Shown: positions 36,522 to 46,553 of the stretch, piece by piece
Numbering within the stretch: position 1 is the first letter of the stretch
Layout: each line of letters starts with the position of its first letter
NCBI GenBank assembly: GCA_963828805.1
Contig: CAWHGS010000021.1
Span: 26,974 to 90,973 of the forward strand
DNA from: an uncultured delta proteobacterium
Lineage (GTDB): Bacteria; Desulfobacterota; BSN033; UBA1163
Length of the DNA stretch: 64,000 nucleotides
Direction: 5' to 3'
Translations under genes and position numbers: made by a program
Notes under the pieces: model-generated
Told to the model about the DNA's origin: nothing
What the model saw: the letters and a program-made list of their open reading frames with translations, nothing else
Database searches by the model: none

Positions 36522-37799
36522 ATGGGTGTATCAGAATATCAGAAGACGATCCTTGGAAATGGTATCAAGGTCATCACGGAAGAGATTCCTTATCTTAAAT
36601 CCGTTTCGATTGGCGTGTGGGCGATCAGCGGATCGAGGGATGAACAGCCTCAAGACAACGGGATTTCCCATTTCATCGAGCATCTCCTGTTTAAAGGAAC
36701 GGAACGAAGGACGGCCTTTGAGATCGCCAAAGAGATCGACTCGGTCGGAGGAACGCTCAACGCTTTTACCGGAAGGGAATATACCTGTTTTTATGCCAAA
36801 GTGATCGATCGGAATCTGCCCCTGGCCATTGACCTCTTGGCCGATATCTTCCTCCACCCTCTCATGGAACCGAGCGACGTGGAGAAAGAGAGGATGGTCA
36901 TCCTCCAAGAGATCCGGATGGTGGAAGATACACCCGATGATTACATTCACGATCTTTTCAACCGCGTCTGCTGGGGAGATCACCCGTTGGGATTTCCGAT
37001 TTGCGGCACCACCGAGCGTGTCCAATCCTTCACTCGCGAACAGATCCATCACTTCTTTACGAAGAACTATCCGCCCCATCGCATCATTATTTGCGCGGCA
37101 GGAAGCCTTCAGCATGCGGAAGTGGTCGCACAGGTCGAAAAGACCTTCGGCCAGATTCCGAAGTCGACTGTCTCGCAGCAACGGTTAACCCCCGAACCGA
37201 TTTCGACCACCAATACCTGGAAACGGGACCTGGAGCAGGTCCATATCTGCCTCGGAACGAGGGGACTCCAGTACAGTCATGCTCTTCGCTTTGCTTCCTA
37301 CGCACTCAATACCATCTTGGGAGGAGGCATGAGTTCCAGGCTCTTTCAGGAAATCCGCGAGAATCGGGGGTTGGCTTATTCTGTTTACTCCTACCTTCCG
37401 GCCTTCATCGATACGGGATTGTTTGTGGTCTATGCAGGAACAAGTGGAGATTCCTATCAGGAGGTCATTGACCTTATCCTGAAGGAGTTCAACCGCCTTA
37501 AGACCGACCCCTTTAGAAACGGGGAGCTGGAAACCGCAAAGGAGCATCTGAGAGGGAATCTTCTTCTCAGCCTCGAAAGCTCGGATAGCCAAATGACCCG
37601 ACTGGCAAAGAATGAAATCTACTTTGATACCTACATCCCAGTGAATCAGATCCTTGCCGGCATCGACAGCGTCAAGGAGGAAGAGATCCGTCAGCTCGCG
37701 ACGGAACTCTTCGATGAGCGCTATTTCTGCCTGACGATGCTGGGTCCCATGGACGGGAACGGTCTGGTGAAGAGTCCATTCGAATCATGGAAAACGTGA
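36522..37799 (+). CDS. M16-family (pitrilysin) zinc peptidase
   Basis: Inverted zinc motif [11 protein letters not shown] (HxxEH). 425 aa. Conserved position after pnp. Confidence 0.85.
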   Translation: MGVSEYQKTILGNGIKVITEEIPYLKSVSIGVWAISGSRDEQPQDNGISHFIEHLLFKGTERRTAFEIAKEIDSVGGTLNAFTGREYTCFYAKVIDRNLPLAIDLLADIFLHPLMEPSDVEKERMVILQEIRMVEDTPDDYIHDLFNRVCWGDHPLGFPICGTTERVQSFTREQIHHFFTKNYPPHRIIICAAGSLQHAEVVAQVEKTFGQIPKSTVSQQRLTPEPISTTNTWKRDLEQVHICLGTRGLQYSHALRFASYALNTILGGGMSSRLFQEIRENRGLAYSVYSYLPAFIDTGLFVVYAGTSGDSYQEVIDLILKEFNRLKTDPFRNGELETAKEHLRGNLLLSLESSDSQMTRLAKNEIYFDTYIPVNQILAGIDSVKEEEIRQLATELFDERYFCLTMLGPMDGNGLVKSPFESWKT

Positions 37800-38236
37800 C
37801 CATTCAAATCAAACCCTTGGAAAGGGGGCGATCTACGCCCCTCCCCCGATACATGACTCAGGGGGCTTCCGGGATGGATCTCTTTGCCTGTTTGGAAGAG
37901 GAAATTACTCTGACTCCCGGACAACGGAGGCTGGTCCCAACCGGAATCTCCGTGGCAATCCCGGAGGGGTTCGAAGGCCAGGTGAGACCCCGGAGCGGTC
38001 TGGCCATCCGGAACGGGATTGGTGTGGTGAACGGCCCGGGAACGATCGATGCCGATTATCGAGGCGAGATCGGTGTCCTTCTCATCAACTTTGGAAATGA
38101 GCCTTTTACAGTTCGGGACGGGGACCGCATCGCCCAATTGGTCATTGCCCGGGTTTTTCGTGCAGTCTGGGAAGAGGTGGATCATCTTCCCCTCTCCGGG
38201 AGACAAGAGGGGGGATTTGGCCACACGGGCCGATGA
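37787..38236 (+). CDS. dut: dUTP diphosphatase
   Basis: [28 protein letters not shown] and GGFGHTG motifs. Confidence 0.9.
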   Translation: MENVTIQIKPLERGRSTPLPRYMTQGASGMDLFACLEEEITLTPGQRRLVPTGISVAIPEGFEGQVRPRSGLAIRNGIGVVNGPGTIDADYRGEIGVLLINFGNEPFTVRDGDRIAQLVIARVFRAVWEEVDHLPLSGRQEGGFGHTGR

Positions 38237-38322
38237 GAAGGGTTGAGAAAAGAAGGGGGGATCCATTCAGGCAGAGGTTCTCTCCCTCTGCTTTTTCTTT
38301 CCCCCGACATCGGGCGGAAACG

Positions 38323-39201
38323 ATGTTGGATCAATTTCTTCATTACCTCACCGTTGAGAAGGGGCTTTCCGACAATACGATTGAGGCTTATCATCACGAT
38401 GTGGGCCGTTTTTTGGTTCACCTGAGAAATAAGGAGATTCAAGACTTTTCAAGGGTGGATAGAGTGAATCTCCGGGCCTTCCTGGCCGGGTTAAGGCGAC
38501 AGGGGCTTTCAACCAGATCTATCGCCAGAAACCAGGCTGCGATTCGAACCTTCTTCCGTTTTCTGCTCCTGGAAGGGATTCTGGAATCCGATCCTGCTGA
38601 GGATTTGGAATCCCCGAAAACAGATAAACACCTGCCTGAAATTCTGACCCTGAGAGAAGTCGAAGTGTTGCTGGAACAACCCGATCGAAAGACACCCCTT
38701 GGGATCCGGGACCGAGCCATGCTCGAAACGCTCTATGCAACCGGCATCAGGGTTTCAGAGCTCATCCAGCTTTCCATCCACCAGGTTAATCTCGAGGGGG
38801 GATACGCCCTCATTTATGGAAAGGGGTCGAAGGAAAGAATCGTTCCCCTCGGGAGTGAAGCCATCCAGTGGATCACCCACTATGTGCAGGGTGTTCGAAC
38901 AGGCCTTTTGACGGGGAAGGAGAGTCCCTCTCTTTTCTTGACCCGCTCGGGAAAGGGGATGAGCAGACAACGGTTCTGGAAGACCCTGAAAGGCTACGGT
39001 CAGAAAGCCGGAATTCGGAAAAGAATGACCCCTCATCTTTTGCGTCATTCTTTTGCCAGTCATCTTTTAGAGCGGGGAGCGGATCTTCGTTCCGTCCAGA
39101 CGTTGCTTGGCCATGCGGACATCTCAACGACTCAGATCTACACCCATGTTACCGGCGAGCGGCTAAAGAAGGTTCATAAGAAGTACCATCCGAGGGGCTA
39201 A
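38323..39201 (+). CDS. xerD: Site-specific tyrosine recombinase XerD/XerC
   Basis: Inner ATG 38323 (MLDQFLHYLTVEKGLSDNTIEAY). Catalytic residues appear in ATGIRVSEL, HLLRHSFASHLL and LLGHADISTTQIYTHV. Confidence 0.85.
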   Translation: MLDQFLHYLTVEKGLSDNTIEAYHHDVGRFLVHLRNKEIQDFSRVDRVNLRAFLAGLRRQGLSTRSIARNQAAIRTFFRFLLLEGILESDPAEDLESPKTDKHLPEILTLREVEVLLEQPDRKTPLGIRDRAMLETLYATGIRVSELIQLSIHQVNLEGGYALIYGKGSKERIVPLGSEAIQWITHYVQGVRTGLLTGKESPSLFLTRSGKGMSRQRFWKTLKGYGQKAGIRKRMTPHLLRHSFASHLLERGADLRSVQTLLGHADISTTQIYTHVTGERLKKVHKKYHPRG

Positions 39202-39360
39202 GTTTACCCCGGTCAATGAAGAAGGGGGAACGAATCATTTACAATAAGATATTGAAAACGTTGCGGACTCCCAACGGATGAGGGCTGTTCTGAAGGGATG
39301 GGTCTCCAGGGTTCAATAGCCACGGACCCATCATCCTCTGCGATATTTCATCGGGTAGTT

Positions 39361-42003
39361 ATGGAAGTGATTACCACCCATACGAATGCTGATTTTGACG
39401 CTTTGGCCTCTATGGTGGCAGCCAAGAAGATCTACCCCGGCGCAGCTCTTGTTTTTTCAGGGTCCCAAGAGAGGAGTCTTCGAGATTTTTTTATTCACTC
39501 GACGCTCTATGCGCTGGAGATAGAGCGGATGAAACATATCGACCTTGAAAAGGTAAATCGTCTGATTCTGGTCGATACCCGGCAGATGAGCCGCATTGGA
39601 AAGTTTTCAGCACTTGTGGGAAAACCGGGTCTGGATATTCACGTTTATGATCATCATCTTCCTTCTTCCGATGATCTGCACGGTAGCGTGGAGGTCGTGG
39701 CCGAAGTCGGATCGACGGTCACCTTGATGATCAGGATTCTCCAGGAGAGGGGAATCGACATCACTCCTGACGAAGCAACGGTGATGCTCCTGGGTCTCTA
39801 CGAAGACACGGGAAACCTCACGTTTTCTTCGACGAAAGAGGACGATTTCGTGGTTGCAGGGTATCTGGTCCGAAAAGGGGCCAATCTCAATATCCTGTCC
39901 AATCTGATCACCAAGGAGCTGACGGCGGATCAGGTCTTTCTCCTGAATGACCTCATTCAATCTGCAACCCGGTATCATATCCACGGGACGGATGTGGTGG
40001 TCGCGCAAGCCGCCGCCGACCATTATATCGGCGATATTGCCATTCTCGTCCACAAGCTGAAGGATATGGAAAACCTGGATGTTCTTTTCGTCCTGGTCCA
40101 GATGGAGGACCGGGTGTACCTGATCGGAAGGAGCCGTCTTGAGGAGGTGAATGTGGCTGAGATTGCAAGCGAGTTCGGGGGCGGAGGTCATCCTACCGCC
40201 GCTTCGGCCACGCTGAAAGGGATGCCCCTCACAGAGGCGCTGGACCGTCTGGTCAAGACCTTGAAAGAGATGGTGAGGCCCAAAAGGGTTGCGAGAGATG
40301 TGATGATCTTTCCGATTAAGACGATTCATCCTGATCAGACACTGGAGGAGGCGGGGGAGGTCCTCAGGCGTTATAATCTGACGATCCTTCCCGTTCTCTT
40401 CGAGAAAAAAGTCGTGGGTATGATTTCCAAACAGGTGGTGGAGAAAGCGATTCACCATGGTCTTCAGGGTTCTCCGGTGCGAGAATACATGACGACCGAA
40501 TTTGCCGTGGCCCCTCCCGATGCCCCTTTTTCTCGAATCCAGGACCTGATCATCGGTCAAAATCAGGGCCTCCTTCCCATCATCGAAAAGGACGAGTTGG
40601 TCGGGACGATCTCGCCGGGAGAGGTGATGCGTGCCCTTCAGGAAGAGATGAAATCCTTAGGGGACTCGACGGCTCTCGACGCCCAGCCCCTTCATGCCCG
40701 TAAGAAGATCATTTCAAAACTGATGAGAGAACGATTACCCGAGCGGCTGCAACGCCTCCTGGAGGAGTTTGGAAGGGTGGGAGACGAACTGGGCTACTCG
40801 ATTTATGCGGTGGGCGGGTTCGTACGGGACCTCCTCATGCGTGTGGAGAACTTTGATATCGACATTGTGGTTGAAGGCGATGGGATCCGATTCGCAGAAT
40901 CTCTCGAGAAGCGGGTATCCTGCCGGATCCGAAGCCATAAAAAATTCGGGACGGCGATCATTCTCTTTTCAGACGGTCTAAAGGTCGATGTGGCGACAGC
41001 GCGTATCGAGATCTACGATTCGCCCGCGGCCCTGCCGACCGTGGAGAAAGGGTCGATCAAGTTGGACCTCTACCGGAGAGACTTTACGATCAATACCCTG
41101 GCCATCCAACTCAACCCAAAGGCCTTCGGAGAGATCATCGATTTCTATGGCGGAATGAAGGATGTCAAAGAAAAGGTCGTCCGAGCCCTTCACAATCTCT
41201 CGTTCGTTGAAGATCCCACACGCATTTTCCGGGCCATCCGATTTGAACAGAGACTCGGCTTCCAGATCGCAAAGCACACGCAAAACCTGATGAAGAGTTC
41301 GGTCAAGATGGGTTTTTTACAACGACTCTCCGGCGGCCGGGTCCTCTCGGAACTCCTCCTGATCCTCAAGGAAGACAATCCCATCCCCGCCCTCAAGCGG
41401 ATGAAAGATTTCGATCTGCTCCGTTTTCTCCATCCCAATCTCAAACTGGACGGGGACGCCTTCGAACTCTTCGAACGGATCCATCATGTCACCTCCTGGT
41501 TCGATCTCCTCTTCCTGGAAGAACAGTATGATCGTTGGCTCATCTATTTTTACGGGCTGATGGATGGGTTGAAGGGAAGGGAGATCGAGGAGATGGGGCA
41601 ACACCTCTGCATGAATGAAAGAGAGCAGAAGCGGACAGTCGAGGGGAAGAGGCAAGCCGACCAAACCCTGCTTCTCTTCTTCTCCTGGATCCATACAGGC
41701 TATTTGCCGAAACGGTCTGAAATCTATGCAAGCCTCGATTCCTTTTCGATAGAGACGAAGCTCTTTATGATGGCGAAGACGAATCAGACGACCACCCGGC
41801 GATACCTCTCTCTCTATTTTACTCAGTTAAAGGACGTCAAGCCATTGCTCAGAGGAGCCGATCTGATCGAGATGGGAATGAAGCCGGGGCCCTTCATCAA
41901 AAAGACATTGAGTAATCTTCTCAAGGCGAGGCTTGACGAACAGGTCGTGAGCCAACAGGACGAGTTTGAATTTATCTTTAAGGAACGAACGGTAGAGCCA
42001 TGA
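39361..42003 (+). CDS. DHH/DHHA1 phosphoesterase - tandem CBS - poly(A) polymerase/CCA-adding nucleotidyltransferase fusion protein
   Basis: N-terminal THTNADFDALAS and GGGGHPTAASA (DHH/DHHA1), two CBS modules, then YAVGGFVRDLLM..DIDIVV and RRDFTINTLA (PolyA_pol head domain). Inner ATG 39361. Confidence 0.8.
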   Translation: MEVITTHTNADFDALASMVAAKKIYPGAALVFSGSQERSLRDFFIHSTLYALEIERMKHIDLEKVNRLILVDTRQMSRIGKFSALVGKPGLDIHVYDHHLPSSDDLHGSVEVVAEVGSTVTLMIRILQERGIDITPDEATVMLLGLYEDTGNLTFSSTKEDDFVVAGYLVRKGANLNILSNLITKELTADQVFLLNDLIQSATRYHIHGTDVVVAQAAADHYIGDIAILVHKLKDMENLDVLFVLVQMEDRVYLIGRSRLEEVNVAEIASEFGGGGHPTAASATLKGMPLTEALDRLVKTLKEMVRPKRVARDVMIFPIKTIHPDQTLEEAGEVLRRYNLTILPVLFEKKVVGMISKQVVEKAIHHGLQGSPVREYMTTEFAVAPPDAPFSRIQDLIIGQNQGLLPIIEKDELVGTISPGEVMRALQEEMKSLGDSTALDAQPLHARKKIISKLMRERLPERLQRLLEEFGRVGDELGYSIYAVGGFVRDLLMRVENFDIDIVVEGDGIRFAESLEKRVSCRIRSHKKFGTAIILFSDGLKVDVATARIEIYDSPAALPTVEKGSIKLDLYRRDFTINTLAIQLNPKAFGEIIDFYGGMKDVKEKVVRALHNLSFVEDPTRIFRAIRFEQRLGFQIAKHTQNLMKSSVKMGFLQRLSGGRVLSELLLILKEDNPIPALKRMKDFDLLRFLHPNLKLDGDAFELFERIHHVTSWFDLLFLEEQYDRWLIYFYGLMDGLKGREIEEMGQHLCMNEREQKRTVEGKRQADQTLLLFFSWIHTGYLPKRSEIYASLDSFSIETKLFMMAKTNQTTTRRYLSLYFTQLKDVKPLLRGADLIEMGMKPGPFIKKTLSNLLKARLDEQVVSQQDEFEFIFKERTVEP

Positions 42004-42743
42004 CGTCACACGACAGGTCCCAGGAGGAGGCCCACGCCTATACGGTCCGATTGGAGATGTTCGAGGGTCCCTTGGACCTTCTTCTCCATTTGATCAAGAA
42101 GAACAGGCTGAACATCACGGATATCCCGATCGCCCTCATTACCGAACAGTACCTCGAATACCTCAAGCTGATGAAGGTCCTTAATCTCGACGTTGCAGGA
42201 GAGTATCTCCTGATGGCGGCGACCCTTCTTCACATCAAGTCAAAGATGTTGCTCCCGGCCTCTTCGGGGGAGGAGGGGGAAGAGATAGAAACCGACCCGA
42301 GGGCGGAACTGGTGCGAAGGCTCTTGGAGTACCAACAGTATAAGGAGGCAGCACTCGAACTGGAAGATCGGCCCTTGTTAGACCGGAATGTGTTTGCCCG
42401 GCCCGTGTCCCAGGAGACAGAGGAGACAGAAGAGGAGGAAAGAGTCGAGGTGAGCCTCTTTGAGCTCTTGGAGGCTTTCCGGAAGGTATTGGACAAGGCA
42501 AGGCTGGAAACCTTCCATGACGTGACCCTGGAGCCAATCACCGTAGAAGAGAAAATCCGGGAAGTCCTATCCCTTCTCCAAAAGGAGAACAGAAGCATGG
42601 CTTTTCACACTTTCTTTCCGGATCAAGCCTCCCGGGCCACGGTCGTGGTTACCTTTCTGGCCGTGCTTGAACTTGTGAAGATGAAAGTGATCCGTATCTT
42701 TCAGGCCTCCGCCTTTGAGACGATTCGTCTCTCGCTCATTTGA
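42000..42743 (+). CDS. scpA: Segregation and condensation protein A
   Basis: FEGPLDLLLHLIKKNRLNITDIPIALITEQYLEYL is the ScpA signature. Confidence 0.9.
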   Translation: MTSHDRSQEEAHAYTVRLEMFEGPLDLLLHLIKKNRLNITDIPIALITEQYLEYLKLMKVLNLDVAGEYLLMAATLLHIKSKMLLPASSGEEGEEIETDPRAELVRRLLEYQQYKEAALELEDRPLLDRNVFARPVSQETEETEEEERVEVSLFELLEAFRKVLDKARLETFHDVTLEPITVEEKIREVLSLLQKENRSMAFHTFFPDQASRATVVVTFLAVLELVKMKVIRIFQASAFETIRLSLI

Positions 42744-42810
42744 CGGAGAGTCACTTTTTTTTGACCTTCAGCGTTGAGTCGCTGCAGACGGTCTATCAGG
42801 GGAGGGTGTT

Positions 42811-43698
42811 ATGAAACGAAAACGAATCTGGGTTGGGCTCTTGGCGATCGTTGTGGTCCTCGTTCTCTTTTTTTCTGGTCTCGTTCTCATCGTTCGACTC
42901 TCCGGGAAGTCGAACCGTCTTCCCTTTGGCGACAAGATTGCCGTCGTGGAGATCCACGGCGTCATTACGCAGTCCTTTCCGGTCATTGACGAGATCCATC
43001 ACCATCTCGCGGACGACGCGGTGAAGGCGATCATCTTGCGGATCGACTCTCCCGGTGGGGGGGTAGGCCCTTCCCAGGAGATTTACCGTGAAGTCCTGAA
43101 GGCCAAACAGAAGAAGAAGATGGTGACCTCCATGGGCGCAGTGGCAGCCTCAGGGGGGTATTATGTTGCGTGTGCGTCCGACCTCATTGTTGCAAACCCG
43201 GGGACGATTACAGGTTCCATTGGCGTGATCATGCAGTTCTCGAATTTCGAGGAGCTTCTAAAAAAGGTCGGGATCAAAGGGGTTGTCCTCAAGAGCGGAG
43301 AGCACAAGGATATCGGTTCTCCATTTCGGGAGATGACCCCGGAAGAGAAGAAAATCATGCAGGAAACGCTCGATAACGTCCACCAGCAGTTCATCCGGGC
43401 CGTGGCCGATGGCCGCAACCTCGATCCGGCAAAGGTTCTTCCCATTGCGGACGGTCGAATCATGACGGGAGAGCAAGCGAAACAGCTCGGCCTCGTCGAC
43501 AAGATGGGAAACCTCGACGATGCGATTGAGGAGGCGGCAAAACTGGTGGGCATCGAGGGCAGGCCTCACGTCCTCTATCCGAAGAAAAAATTCACCCTGT
43601 GGGAACTCCTGATGAAAGGCATGGTCTCTGCCGTGATTGAGGCGTTGAACGAGAAGGGATTTGAACTGAACTATCGGTTGCTGTTACCTGTGGACTAA
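42811..43698 (+). CDS. sppA: Signal peptide peptidase SppA, 36K type
   Basis: N-terminal TM helix. RIDSPGGGV, AASGGYYVA (Ser nucleophile region) and GEHKD. Confidence 0.9.
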   Translation: MKRKRIWVGLLAIVVVLVLFFSGLVLIVRLSGKSNRLPFGDKIAVVEIHGVITQSFPVIDEIHHHLADDAVKAIILRIDSPGGGVGPSQEIYREVLKAKQKKKMVTSMGAVAASGGYYVACASDLIVANPGTITGSIGVIMQFSNFEELLKKVGIKGVVLKSGEHKDIGSPFREMTPEEKKIMQETLDNVHQQFIRAVADGRNLDPAKVLPIADGRIMTGEQAKQLGLVDKMGNLDDAIEEAAKLVGIEGRPHVLYPKKKFTLWELLMKGMVSAVIEALNEKGFELNYRLLLPVD

Positions 43699-44381
43699 GG
43701 TGACATTCCAAACTCTTTCAGCCACGCCGCAATCCGTTTCATATCCTCCCAGACCTCTTTTTTTCGTTCGGGATTGCGCAGCAGGAAGGCCGGGTGGTAG
43801 GTGGGAATCATCCGGATTCCGGTGAGATCAAAGCATCTTCCCCGGAGAACTGTAATCTTCTCCCGCGTTTGGAGAAGTGATTGTGCGGCAACGGTCCCGA
43901 GGGCGCAGATGATTTTGGGTTGAATGACCTGAATTTGTCTTAAGAGAAAGGGCCGGCAGGAAGAGATCTCATCCGACTCCGGGTTGCGATTCTGAGGAGG
44001 CCTGCATTTCACGATGTTGGCAATATAGACCTGTTCACGCTCGAGATGGATGGACTGAAGGATCTTGGTCAAGAGTTGGCCTGCCTTGCCCACAAACGGT
44101 TTTCCCTGAACATCTTCTTCGTATCCAGGGCCCTCTCCAACAAGCATCAGGGCTGCCTTTTCATTTCCCTCCCCAAAGACAAGGGTTTTTCTCGTTCGGT
44201 GGAGCTTGCAGCGTTTGCACTCTCCAAGGTCCGCTCGAACCTCCTTGAGGGTCGATTTTTGCGGGGGGAGGACTGGAAGAGCATCTAACCCCATCTCCCT
44301 TAGATATTCGAGGTAGGATTTAAGATCGTCGATCACTTCACGTCCTTTAATATCCATCGGTTCACCGGGAGTATTGCGCAA
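43695..44381 (-). CDS. Uracil-DNA glycosylase, family 4
   Basis: LVGEGPGYEEDVQGKPFVGKAG, CRPPQNRNP and HPAFLLRNP motifs, with an N-terminal CKRCKL Fe-S Cys pair. The start could be 44381 or 44357. Confidence 0.85.
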   Translation of the reverse strand: MRNTPGEPMDIKGREVIDDLKSYLEYLREMGLDALPVLPPQKSTLKEVRADLGECKRCKLHRTRKTLVFGEGNEKAALMLVGEGPGYEEDVQGKPFVGKAGQLLTKILQSIHLEREQVYIANIVKCRPPQNRNPESDEISSCRPFLLRQIQVIQPKIICALGTVAAQSLLQTREKITVLRGRCFDLTGIRMIPTYHPAFLLRNPERKKEVWEDMKRIAAWLKEFGMSP

Positions 44382-44514
44382 TCTTTTCGTTCAATTTTGC
44401 AAGGAGGGCATCAAAGCCAGATCTTGGGCGGCGCGTTTCTGCCCAATTGCTACTGCATTGAAACTTTCTGCCATCAAGCCGAGGAACCCAATCGCCTGTC
44501 GCAAAACACTCGCC

Positions 44515-45453
44515 CTAATGCAACAGCGAGTCAGGAAGACGGAAGTGAGTCTCTTCCCGTTCGCCTTCCATCTCGATGACTTCACCCACCCCATACTCGC
44601 GCAGCCTGTTTAGAACGGTCTGCACCATTGCCTCCGGCGCCGACGTTCCAGCCGTCATTCCTATTCGGGTGGTTTCCGAAAACCAGTCCGGATTGAGATC
44701 GTCTACATCCTCGATCAAATGGGACCGGATGCCGTTCTGCTCTCCCACCTCCCGCAACCGGTTCGAATTGGAACTGTTTCGGGCCCCGACAACGAGCAAT
44801 AGGTCAATGTCCTTGGCCAAACGACGCACCGCATTCTGTCGGCTCTGTGTGGCATAACAGATGTCGCTCAGTTCCGGGCCCTGAATCGTCTCAAAGCGCC
44901 TTTTTAATGACCGGATTACATCACGGGTATCTTCTGTGCTGAGGGTCGTCTGAGTCACATAAGAGAGCCGTTCCGGGTTCTTGACTTGAAGAAGCTCGAT
45001 TTGAGAGCTGTCCGGAATAACATAGACGGCTCCCTCGACGCGGCCCCGGGTGCCTTCGACTTCAGGATGGCCGGGATGACCGATGATGATCACTTCCAAC
45101 CCCTGCTGACTGTAACGCTGGGCTTGAAGATGGACTTTTGTAACCAGAGGACAGGTAGCGTCGACAATCCGAAGGTTCCTCTTCTCCGCTTGATTGACAA
45201 CGGCCGTCGAGACGCCGTGAGCGCTGAAAATGGTCACTTCCCCGGGAGGCACTTCGACCAGACTTTCAACAAAACGAGCACCTTGATTCTTTAGGTTGTC
45301 GACGACGTGACGGTTGTGGACGATTTCGTGCAGCACGTAAACGGGCGTTCCATACTTTTCAAGAGACCGTTCAACAATCTTGATCGCGCGAATCACTCCC
45401 GCACAAAAACCACGGGGACGGGCAAGGATGAGTTGTGAATGTTTATCTTTCAT
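44515..45453 (-). CDS. ispH: 4-hydroxy-3-methylbut-2-enyl diphosphate reductase
   Basis: Inner ATG 45453 (MKDKHSQLILARPRGFCAGVIRAI). SAHGVS, DATCPLVTKVH, GHPGHPEVEG, QTT and ICYATQSRQ. Confidence 0.9.
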   Translation of the reverse strand: MKDKHSQLILARPRGFCAGVIRAIKIVERSLEKYGTPVYVLHEIVHNRHVVDNLKNQGARFVESLVEVPPGEVTIFSAHGVSTAVVNQAEKRNLRIVDATCPLVTKVHLQAQRYSQQGLEVIIIGHPGHPEVEGTRGRVEGAVYVIPDSSQIELLQVKNPERLSYVTQTTLSTEDTRDVIRSLKRRFETIQGPELSDICYATQSRQNAVRRLAKDIDLLLVVGARNSSNSNRLREVGEQNGIRSHLIEDVDDLNPDWFSETTRIGMTAGTSAPEAMVQTVLNRLREYGVGEVIEMEGEREETHFRLPDSLLH

Positions 45454-45733
45454 GCCAGAAGAGGGTGGAAACAGACCGGTCCAGATCCACCTCAAAGAAG
45501 TAAAGCATCTTTCATATTGGTAAACTATACTTTTTCCATTCGCCAAGGTCAAGTGAGATCAGGTAAAACAAGAGGGCATTGGATTCAGGTTGCAGCAATG
45601 GCCCGTCGACTGCAGACCGGGCGAGAGGATTGTCTTTCGCGCTCTCGCCGATCCAGCCACCATGGAAATCGATCTTTGGCGAAAAGAAATAGAGGACAGC
45701 GAATCTTTACTATCGTCAACCACAAAAAAAGTT

Positions 45734-45793
45734 GTCATTGCGAGGAACACCGTGACGAAGCAATCTCCAGAGATCCCCCTCCCTCGCAATGAC
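45734..45793. repeat. REP-like palindromic element GTCATTGCGAGG..(36 nt)..CCTCGCAATGAC
   Basis: 12-bp perfect inverted repeat (45734-45745 with 45782-45793). It shares the GTCATT head with units at 11821, 16809, 7351 and 20660 (reverse strand). Confidence 0.85.
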
Positions 45794-45865
45794 AGCCCCG
45801 GGCACGTCTACTTATTTGGAACGTTTACCATAGAAAGGGATTACCGACACCTCTCCACCCTCAGG

Positions 45866-46306
45866 TTATTCCGGGTCTCCTGTATCTGGTTTAAGGCCTG
45901 CCGCCTTGATTCCCCAGACAGCGCAGAGTTCATCATTTTCAGAAGTATCGCCGCTGATTCCCACGGAACCCAGGATTTCTCCGGTTTGAGAACGGACCAA
46001 GACCCCTCCGGGAACGGGAACCATCCGGCCTCCGGAAAGATCGGAGAGGGCGCCGAAAAACATCGGAGCTTTCGCGGCTCTCCTGGCGAGTTCCCGCCCT
46101 CCGAAACCCATTCCCAGGACCCCCCAGGCCTTTCCCATCGCAATCTCCGCCCGAAGAAGGCTGGCCCCATCCTCACGTTTGATCACCTTGATCTGTCCCC
46201 CCGCATCAAGCACAACCACCGCTAATCGGGCAAACCCCAATTCACGGCCCTTTTCGAGCGATTTGTCGACAATTAGATTAGAGAGTTGAAGTGTCAGATT
46301 TTCCAT
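45866..46306 (-). CDS. GlcG/HbpS-like (DUF336) haem-binding family protein
   Basis: 146 aa. AVVVLDAGGQ, AEIAMGKA and GGVLVRSQTGEILGSVGISGDTSENDELCA fit the GlcG pattern. Confidence 0.75.
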   Translation of the reverse strand: MENLTLQLSNLIVDKSLEKGRELGFARLAVVVLDAGGQIKVIKREDGASLLRAEIAMGKAWGVLGMGFGGRELARRAAKAPMFFGALSDLSGGRMVPVPGGVLVRSQTGEILGSVGISGDTSENDELCAVWGIKAAGLKPDTGDPE

Positions 46307-46402
46307 GGCAGGAGCCTCCTTGGCAGTTTATTTCCTTTCATCATAGAAGCAGGATATCCAAGTTGTCAAGTTTCCTTTTCTTTCTAAACCCAAACTTTGT
46401 CA

Positions 46403-46431
46403 TTGACGAAAAACGGATAAAAGTTTATATT
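46403..46431 (+). promoter_or_regulatory. Sigma70 promoter for tRNA-Arg
   Basis: TTGACG (46403-46408), 17-nt spacer, TATATT (46426-46431). The tRNA 5' end is at 46442. Confidence 0.65.
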
Positions 46432-46441
46432 TCGTCCTGTT

Positions 46442-46515
46442 GCCCCTGTAGCTCAGGTGGATAGAGCGACGGATTCCTAATCCGCAGGTCGCCTGTTCGA
46501 GTCAGGCCAGGGGCG
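46442..46515 (+). tRNA. tRNA-Arg (anticodon CCT), no encoded CCA
   Basis: GCCCCTGTAGCTCAGGTGGATAGAGCGACGGATTCCTAATCCGCAGGTCGCCTGTTCGAGTCAGGCCAGGGGCG is a 74-nt cloverleaf with anticodon loop TTCCTAA and T-loop TTCGAGT. Confidence 0.95.
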
Positions 46516-46553
46516 CTTTTTTTGTTTGTATCCCAGGTCAGGCGGAAAATAAG

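Noticed and set aside
45590-46225. 211-aa + strand ORF between ispH and the tRNA
   Set aside because: Its first part is translated from the GTCATTGCGAGG palindromic repeat. The rest is antisense to the well-supported GlcG-like gene. It has no RBS.
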